From Azolla caroliniana (lineage: Eukaryota; Plantae; Polypodiophyta): a stretch of 64,000 nt of DNA. The translations under genes and the position numbers were made by a program. The notes beneath the pieces were generated by a model. The model was not told the origin of the DNA, searched no databases, and was given only the letters and a program-made list of their open reading frames with translations. The stretch spans positions 1,116,001 through 1,180,000 of the forward strand of contig JBHGNT010000018.1 of NCBI GenBank assembly GCA_043228905.1. The letters are read 5' to 3'. Position 1 is the stretch's first letter; every line of letters starts with the position of its first letter. Of the stretch, positions 55,169 to 64,000 are shown in pieces.

Positions 55169-58100
55169 CAAGGTTTGCAGGTCAGGGATCGTTAATCCGA
55201 GATCGGTCATGAATTGCCATAGCTTGTTGGCTCCTAAGGCTTTAGTGAAGATTTCGGTCGTTTGAAGATTTGTGCTAATGTGTTGTAGGTCGACATTGCC
55301 AGCTAGAACGCGCTCTCGGATGAAGTGATAGTGCACTTCGATGTGCTTTGTCCGCGCGTGGAACACCGGGTTCCGAGCCAGATAAATATTGCTCATGTTG
55401 TCGCAGTAAAGGGAAGTGAGATCCTTGATGGGTACACCTAGATCCTTCAAAATCCTCTTGAGCCATACGGCTTCACACGCATCTACGGCTACGCCCCTGT
55501 ATTCCGCCTCCGTACTTGAAAGAGCGACGGTAGGCTACTTCTTTCTACTCCACGAAATCGCTCCGTTGCCGAGGGAGAAGACGAATCCAGAGGTCGATCG
55601 TCGATCGGCTTTGTAGCCAGCCCAATCCGCGTCCGTGTATCCTTCGAGTTGTATTGGTGTGGCTAATTTGTAGAGAATGCCAAAATCCATTGTTCTGCTC
55701 ACATATCGTAATATTCGCTTAGCGCAATCGAAATGGATATCTCGTGAAGTTTGCATGAATTGGCTAAGGAGTTCGACCGGATAGCTAAGGTCGGGTCGTG
55801 TGATCGTGAGATAGATGAGACTCCCGATCAGTTGTCAAGATTGAGTCGGATCGCACTCGTTCGGCCCGGAGTCAGCATCTAGTTTGAGGTTTCTATCGAG
55901 AGGCGTAGCGATCGCTTTGCACTCCGTCATCCCGAACTTGTATAACAAGTTAAGAATGTAGTGCCGTTGAGAGATCATGATTCCGGGCGGAGTCCGAATT
56001 ACCCCGATGCCGAGGAAGTAGTAGAGTTCCTTCATGTCCGTCATCTTGAACTTGTCGGAAAGGAGGGATTTGACATTATTGATTTCGATGAGATGCTCAC
56101 CTCCAATCACTAGGTCATCCACATATCAGATGATGACGATCAGACTGGCGGAATCGCTTCGTATGTAGAGGGAGTTGTCCGATTTTGACATATGGAAGCC
56201 GATTTGATCAAGATATTGTGTTATCTTCGAATGCCAAGCATGTGGTGCTTGCTTGAGGCCGTAGAGAGGCTTCTTGAGTCGGCATACAGCTTTCGGATGG
56301 GTGCTCGAGTTGAAGCCGGGTGGTTGTATCATGTACACCTCCTCTTCTAATTTGCCTTGTAGAAATCTTGACGTCCATTTGATGGAGATGCCACCCTTTC
56401 GCCGTGGCAAGCGCAATTATAGTCCGTACCATCGTCATCTTTGCCACCGGGGCAAAGGTTTCCTCGTAATCAACTCCATGCGTTTGGGTGTAACCTTTCA
56501 CTACGAGTCGCGCTTTGTAGCGGTTGACGGAACCGTCGGCGTTGTACTTCACTTTGTAAATCCATCTGTATCCGATCGCCTTTTTGTGTGGTGAGGTGGG
56601 AACGAGATCCCATGTCTCGTTCTTGCGTAGTACCTGCATCTCCTCATTCATGGCTTCGATCCATCGCGAATCCTTGGCTTCTTCGGAAAGGGTTTCCGGC
56701 TCCCGTACTGTTGCTACCTTCATCATAAAGGCGTAATGGTACGCCATGTAATCATTGTAGCCAAATCAACTTACGGGGTTCTTTTCACGAGTGGATCGGC
56801 GGAGCTTTTCATTTTCAGAGATGAGGGCTGAACTCACTGTCGAGTGAGTGAGTTGATTCATCGTCGTTGAAGCGATCGTCTTCGTATTCCGCCATTTTCG
56901 CCTTGCCTTTGTCCATCTTCGGGCTAGGTCATGATGTGCTTTGATCGCTCAAGGGCTCTTGAGGTCCGCTCAGTTGGGTCGTGATCGGACTTTCTTCGAA
57001 CATGCGCGTAAGGCGATCTTCATCGTCTATCTCTTGTTCAGCGTATTTCGGGTCGAGCGGAGTCGGAGTCGGAGTTGTCTCTGGTGCGTACTAGGATGTG
57101 GACTAGTAAAAAACGACGTCTCGACTTACTCGAGATTTTCGAGTTGAGGGGTTGTAGCACTTGTACCCCTTTTTCTCCAGTGAGTATCCTATGAGGATAC
57201 ATTTCTCCAACTTCAGGTCATGCTTTTGACGTTTCTCGTCAGGCATGTGAATGTATGCTATCACGCCGAATATCCGGGTGTGCGATAAGTCCGGCTCGAT
57301 GTTGTGCACCGGTTCATTAGGTAGATGGTCGTATTTGCAGCTTCCGAAGTATTTTTCGTGCGGAGTGACCTCGTGCACGCTGGATGTTGTGCACCGGTTC
57401 ATTAGGTAGACGGTCGTATTTGCAGCTTCGGCCCAATATGACTTGGGCATATGCTTCTCGTTCATCATGGCCCGCGCTACTTCGAGGATGTGCCGATTTT
57501 TGCGCTCGGCTACCCCGTTTTGTTGTGGAGTGTGTCGGCAAGTGAATTCTCGCCGAATTCCTTCCTTTCGGAGATACGTCGTGAAATTGTCCGAGAAGTA
57601 CTCCTTGCCGCCATCCGATCGGAGACATCGTACATGTCAGCCCGTGGCTTTCTCGACTTCATTCTTGAATTTTTGGAAGTGTCCGAACACTTCGCTCTTT
57701 TGCCGCATCGGATAGATCCAAGTGTGCCTAGAAAAGTCATCGATGAAGACCACATAATATCGGCATCCGCCGAATGTAGCCGTCTGTGCCGGTCCCCATA
57801 CGTCGAAATGGACTACGTCGAGTAGACCTTTTCCACGTTCCGCTCTTTCGGGAATGGGTGTCGGTGTTGCTTGCCAAATTGGCACGCTTCACATACACCT
57901 TCAATCTCCTTCTCTTTGAATGTCGAGAGTCCGATGACAACTCCTTTCGATTTCATTGCTTTGAGTTTGTTGAGATTGATGTGGCTGATTCGCTTGTGCC
58001 ATAGCTCTATGTCGGAGTCGGCTTTCGTGCTTTTCGCGAACATGGCGGATTTCATCTCGTGTGAATTGAGAATGAACATCCGGCCCTCCCTTCTTCCGCA

Positions 58101-59974
58101 TGCGATGATTCGGCCTTCTTTTTCGATGAAGCACCCTTCTTGGTCGAATCGTACTTGCATCCCTTGCTCAACCATTTGGGTGACCAAGACCAAATTCTTC
58201 GTGATGCTGGGAACATGCAAGACATTTTTAATGTATGTTTGCTTACCTCTTTCGCCGAACGGAACATTGCCGATGTGCCGAATCGGGTGCGTAGTGTCAT
58301 CTCCAGTTTCGACATAACCAGGTCGCTTGGCTCTCGAAGTTTGAGAAACCATTCTTTATGGGATGTCATATGGTTTGAGGCTCCGGAGTCAACAAACCAT
58401 ACGTCCTCCGGATTGAGGGCACTAGTTGAGGTAGAGGCCGACATAGAGTTTGCTCTATGTTTCATCATGAACATTCCGCCACGGTCGGAGTTGCGTGCAT
58501 ACATTCCGCCATGATCTTTGTAATCGGAGTTGTTCCCGTACATTCCGCTATACTCTTTGTAGTCGGAATTGTGCGCGTAATTCGTGAGTTGTCGGCTTGT
58601 GGAAGCCGATTCACGCATCTTCTTTCGGCACTCTTCTTCGTGGTGGCCGAGCTTTCCGCAATATCCGCATTCGGTTGTGTTTTGACGGCTCGGGCCGGAG
58701 TGGAAGCTCCCCCTTCTTGCGAAGGTTCCTCGTTGGCTTCCGTTTTGCAGCCGAAATTGGGAGTTGTTATCGTAGGTCGGACCTCGTCCGCCTTGTCCTT
58801 GGCCGAATCGGCCTCTCGACCGTCCGCATCCTCTTTCTCCGTTCAAGTGCATGTAGAGCATGTGGCCTTCCGACTCATTGCTCCTTGTACGCACGTGGTT
58901 TTCTTCGACCAATAGCATTGATTGGAGTTTGAAGAAGGAGGGATATTTCTCTCGTGCTAGAACGGCGGTTCGCATCGCGCCGAACCATGGTGCGAGGCCG
59001 CTGAGGCATATTTGAACCATCTCATCATCATCGATATTTACGCTGATTGAGCTGAGCGAATCGCAAAGCTCCTTGATCTTCGAGGTGTATGTCGTGATGG
59101 ACATGTCCCTTTGTTGAATGTTGTTCAACTCTTGGCGGAGTTGAAGCCTTCTTGTGGTTGTGTTCGCCGCGAAAATCTTTCGTAGATTTTCCCATGCCTC
59201 CTTCGGCGTCTTGGCTTCGCGAATGTAGCCGAGCATGTGATCATGAACACATGTCACCAAGCAATACATCACGCGGCTTGCGGCTTGCTCCCGTATCCGG
59301 GAGCCGCTTCGGCGGGTTGGTCTTCATGCGCTCCTTTGATGTAGCTCCAATAGCCTTGTCCGACAAGGTATTGGTGCATCTTGTACTCCCAAGATGCGAA
59401 ATTGTTTCGATCCAACTTCTCGGTAGGGAGAGCGCTCCCCATTTGAGTATTCATTATGTCGATTCTTCTTCTTCTTCTTCTCTCTTCGAATGCAAGCTAT
59501 GTAGCAAAGCTACGATAGCGATGAGCCGGTTCTTGGTCGTTGACGTGGAGCACAACACACGATCACGATGAGGCGAATGGGCTAGATCGAGCTACCAAAT
59601 CGCTGTGATACCATGTAAAGAATCGGATATGATTCTTGTGAAGCAGAAGAGATGTGAGTTATGTGTATGTATGAGAGAGAGAGAGAGAGTGAGAGAGACA
59701 AGGAGTAAGCCACAGAGTATACGCAAGGTAGATTGTATTAACAAAGGAGAAAGACTCAACTTAATATAAGGTGGGAGGAGGGTACTTTATATAGTCATCC
59801 TCTCTCTTCATTAACTACAAGCCTCATGGAGCATGGGGAATGTGAAAGCTCATAAGTTGTGTGTCATAGAATATGATTCTATGACTCATACTAAATGCTA
59901 GAATACAGAGAGGTGACATAATGGTGACTCTTGACCGTTGGAGTGTCTATTAACTCTCAAGGTGAGTTCACACA
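55169..59974 (-). mobile_element. Degenerate Ty1/copia N (different family): 5' LTR ~59614-59974, iMet-like PBS 59602-59613, gag-pol 55169-59454
   Basis: CGYCGKLGHHEEEC, WFVDSGASNHMT, integrase core, RT, YTDADWAG, HARTKHIEVHYHF. Confidence 0.88.
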
Positions 59975-60019
59975 CTAGACCAAGTTGAGCTTGATTCTCA
60001 ACACAAAGTTTACTTGAAG

Positions 60020-60202
60020 AATAATTTTACTTGAAGAATATGGGTTTGGTGACTCATCTCGAATGACAAAGAAAGATTTAATGGACTGGGTGGAGTCTTC
60101 TAACAAAGAGTTGAGTGTGAGTGCGACGCTCCACGAGTTCGAGCAAATATTTGATCGTTTACCTACACTTGACAAAACGATTCTCGATTCCAGCAAGATG
60201 CT
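60020..60202 (+). pseudogene. AT-rich diverged gag fragment related to the Trp-primed gypsy family
   Basis: Manual translation LLEEYGFGDSSRMTKKDLMDWVES...EFEQIFDRLPTLDKTILDSSKML aligns with B gag. Confidence 0.7.
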
Positions 60203-63200
60203 TGTAAAAGAATACATTGTGCGGAAGCAAGTATAAAACCGAACACAGAAACACAAGTTTAATGGAAAGCTTTACATTACGCGGGAGAGACAGAGAAAGA
60301 GCAGAACAACTTAAATCTATTACAAAACAATAATAGTTCTCTGTACATAAAACGTGCTCAACAGCACTACTTATACAAGTCCTAAGAGGCCTGACAAAAG
60401 TACGGTGTACTTCAATGCTCACTAACTACGAGACTATTAATTATCTAGTAGTCTAGGCTACTACTAGACTTCCGGTTACTGTTTGATCCAGCTAACCGGC
60501 TCCCTGGCTTACCGGCTTACCGATCTGTTTCACCGATCCCGCTTCATCCTCCCGGATGCCGATCCGGATCCCGTTGAGCTTGCCTCTCAACACTCCCCCT
60601 CAAGCTCAACTTGAGGTTGGATCGTAGTGTTAGTCTCCATGGCAGCCGGTCCTTCCACCCAGAATCCTTCTGGTGTCACTCCGCCTCGCTCGCGCTCCTC
60701 GTCCGGTCCGGTCCCATTTGCCGTGACCCCTCTGGTTCTGCGTGGCTCGACCCCCTTAGTCGGCTTGTCTGCTTAACAAGCCCAATTCAGCTCCCTCGCT
60801 CCCGTGACTTCGGTGCTTACCGATTTGCCGATTCCTTCGTGTTGGCGTCGACTTTCGCTGCCTTCTCGTCCTTTCGGCCTTGAAATGATCCGGTTCTTCC
60901 GAATCGGCTATCTCTGATTCATTCTAGCTCTTGTCCGAATCAATCACTCCTGATTCGTCTTCCGGTTCCAGGCCCTTCACCACATCGGACCATGTCCGGG
61001 TCTTGGCCTTCTTCTTCCGGTCGGCTTTGTCCTTCTTGACTCTGTCGCCTGTTCCGACTTGTTCGGATATGTCAACGTCCTTTGTTGACTCGGCTCCTTT
61101 CTTCTTCTTTTCTCTCCCCTCGTCGGTTCTTCCCTCACCAGCGCAATCAACAGTCTCTTTGCCTTTTCCCGTTCTGGTGTCTTTGCTCGTTCTCCCCCTC
61201 AAGTGTGGCACGTCGAGATGCTGAACACCAAGCATTTCGGTGAAGTGCTGCAACTTGTCTGATCCGAGCGGTTTGGTGAAGATGTCGGCAACTTGCCGAT
61301 CTGTATGAACATACCGAAGTTCGACTTCACCGCTCAAGACACGCTCACGCATGAAGTGGTAGTGCACTTCTATGTGCTTTGTGCAAGCATGGAATACGAG
61401 GTACTTGGCGAGCTGCATGCTGCTTATGTTGTCACAATAGATCAGGATCGGGGTCGGCACCTCGATCCGCAAGTCTCGCAGCAGTCGCCGAAGCCAAATG
61501 GCTTCACAGGTGGCAATGGTAGCGCCCCGGTATTCAGCCTTAGTGCTCGAAAGGGCCACTATTGGCTGCTTTTTGCTGCCCCACGCACCAGCCGTGTTGC
61601 CAAGGGAAAACATATATCTGGAGGAGGATCGGTGATCCATTGCATCGCCGGCCCAGTCAGCATCAATGTTGCCAACTAACTCTTCGGTTATACCATGCCG
61701 GTATAACAGTCCCCGTTCCTTCATGCCACTCACATATCGCAAAATTCGATGCGCGCGGAGAAGGTGCTCCACGGTCGGCTTCTGCATATATTGGCTGATC
61801 ACGCCAACCGGATAACTGATGTTCAGTCAAGTGATTGTCAAATATATAAGGCTTCCGATGATTTGTCGGACCCATTGCTCATTGTAGGCCGGTCCGGAGT
61901 CGGGACGGAGCTTTTGGTTCCGGTCCAGGCGTTTAGAGATAGGTCGGCATTCCGTCATGCCGAACTTGTACAGCATATTCAGCACATAGTGTCTCTGTGA
62001 GAGCAATATGTCGTCGGGGGTTCAGATCACCTCGATCCCAAGGAAATAGTGAAGGTCCCCCGGGTCCTTCATCTCAAATGCGTCTGACAGTTGGGACTTC
62101 ACTCGGCTAATTTCATCGAGTCTGGGTCCGGTGATGACTAGATCATCAACATACAATAAGATGCAAACCGGACCATCCAGACCTTGCTGGATGAACAACG
62201 AAGAGTCAGACTTGGAGGCCACAACCGGTGCGTGATCTTCGCATTCCAAGTTCGGGGGGCTTGCTTCAAGCCATAAAGTGACTTCTTCAGCCAGCATACT
62301 GCCGACTTGTTCATCTCCATCTGGAAACCGGGAGGTTGGGTCATAAAGACCTCTTCTTCAAGATCTCCTTGAAGAAATGCATTCTTCACGTCCATCTGGT
62401 GAAGATGCCACTCCCCTATCGCAGCAACCGCCAGCACCACATGAACCGTCGTCATCTTTGCTACCGGAGCGAAGGTCTCGTTGTAGTCGATTCCGTGGGT
62501 CTACGCGTATCCCTTCGCCACTAACTGGGCCTTGTACCGGTTAACTGAACCGTCGGCATTGTACTTTACCTTGTACACCCATTTACATCCAATCGGTTTA
62601 CAATGTCGGGGAGGGTCAACTAGGTCCCATGTGTTGTTGGCACGCCAATTTGCGTCGTTGGCCGCTTCTGTGTAGCTCTCCAGCTCACGCACTTCCGCCA
62701 CCTTGGTCATGTACGCATAGTGATGCGCCATGTACTCATTGTACTCGTACCGCTTTACGGGGTTCTTCTGACGGGAAGACCGGTGTAACTTATCGTTATC
62801 CGGTTTGAGGCCCTTCTTGGCCAGTGCAGTCTTTGGTGCCGAAGATCCGCCTTCATCCTTTCCGGAGTCGGATTCGCCCCGATCCGACTCAACGTTGGTT
62901 TCGTATTCCGGCATCTTCTTCTTCCCCTTCTCTTTGTGCGTGAACCGTCTCCTCGATTCCTTGCGCGGGGAGAGCACGACAGAGTCTCCATTACTCGCCG
63001 GTTCGTCATCCGACTGGTTATCCCGACTCAGCCGCACATTCGGTCCACTTAACCGAAATGAGATCGGACTCTCTTCTAGAGTGCCGAGGTCTTCGTCTTC
63101 TATCTGGACCGGTTCATGCTCACTAGCCTCATCCTCCGGTATCGGGTTGGGGTCAGAAGTCGGATCCGGTAAAGCATACCATGATGCCGTCTCATCAAAC

Positions 63201-63484
63201 TCAACATCTCGGCTAACTCGAGCCTGCTTCGTTTGGGGTTTACAGCATTTATACCCCTTTTGCTCATGCGAGTAACCGACCAGGATGCATTTCTCCGACT
63301 TTGCATCCAACTTCCTCTGCTTCTCATTCAGCTGATGCACATATGCAATGCTACCGAATATCCGAAGGTGTTTCAAATTCGGCTTGCGCCCGAAATACAG
63401 CTCATGCACGAACACCTTGTCACCGATCCAGTTATGGATGTAGACAGCCGTCTGGACCACCTCCACCCAATACAAATGGGGAAT
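60203..63484 (-). mobile_element. Degenerate Ty1/copia O (N-like): 3' LTR ~60203-60592, PPT 60593-60603, pol fragments 60924-63475
   Basis: Integrase end, [34 protein letters not shown]. Confidence 0.85.
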
Positions 63485-64000
63485 TGTTGGGAAACAGGTC
63501 CCTCCGGATGGGAAGGTATGAACCGGATGGGGAGTACCCGACTGCGGAGAGTCGGATGGTGTAGGCCCGGTATGAACCGGATGAGGAGTACCCGACTGTG
63601 GAGAGTCGGATGGTGTAGGCCCGGTATGAACCGGATGAGGAGTACTCGACTGCGGAGAACCGGATGAGGAGTACCCGACTGCGGAGAGCCGGATGGGGAG
63701 TACCCGACTGCGGAGAGCCGGATGGAACCCATCGAGGCTACATTTGTAAATAGCCGAAAAGTCATACTAGTATAAATATGACTTAGGGCAAACTTGTAGT
63801 TGTTGTCGTTTTTTGTTATTATTCCTCCTTGTTGGTGCAAGAAGAAATCAGAGCGCGTAACTGTACAGAGAGAGAGAGAGAGAGAGACGAGGTCGTTGCC
63901 TCAGTGAACTCACTGTTGTATATTTCTGCATAGTGACAGTTTGCAGCTTGTGGGCTGCCGTGGTTTTTCCCCTATTTTGGGGTTTTCCACGTATACCTCC
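63485..64000 (+). repeat. E/D-family copia LTR (P) inserted in O, cut by window end; 54- and 29-bp tandem repeats
   Basis: TGTTGGGAAACAGGTCCCTCCGGATGGG; conserved TATA hairpin and (GA)n. Confidence 0.88.

Overview
The window is eukaryotic (probably non-seed land plant) heterochromatin-like DNA made almost entirely of nested LTR retrotransposons; no host genes, rRNA or CRISPR are seen. Three groups are present. (1) A non-chromoviral Ty3/gypsy family with TGTCG...CGACA LTR ends, an 18-nt PBS matching the 3' end of plant tRNA-Trp, 4-bp TSDs, a gag-protease ORF with a DHG motif and a pol ORF (FLDD RT, RNase H, integrase) in the -1 frame. Copies: A 1-3004, B 7629-14956 (intact, young), C 27833-35141, J 37923-49825, remnants G/I/K/L and a 78-bp mini-LTR. 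(2) A Ty1/copia family with iMet PBS and 5-bp TSDs: E 3876-22323, D 4949-17856, H 25363-36234, M 40744-46270, a solo LTR at 54520-55163 and an LTR running off the end, plus two older copia elements (N, O). (3) A rearranged chromovirus (F) with two inverted chromodomain-PPT-LTR ends. Most notable: all seven visible insertion sites of the Trp-primed family are 4-mers with a central CpG, and the family has a G_GAU_UUU_UAG slippery site plus a covarying stem/pseudoknot lying between protease and RT. The chromovirus LTR carries a tRNA-like A/B-box module and a heat-shock element array. All coordinates were read by eye; no database searches were run.
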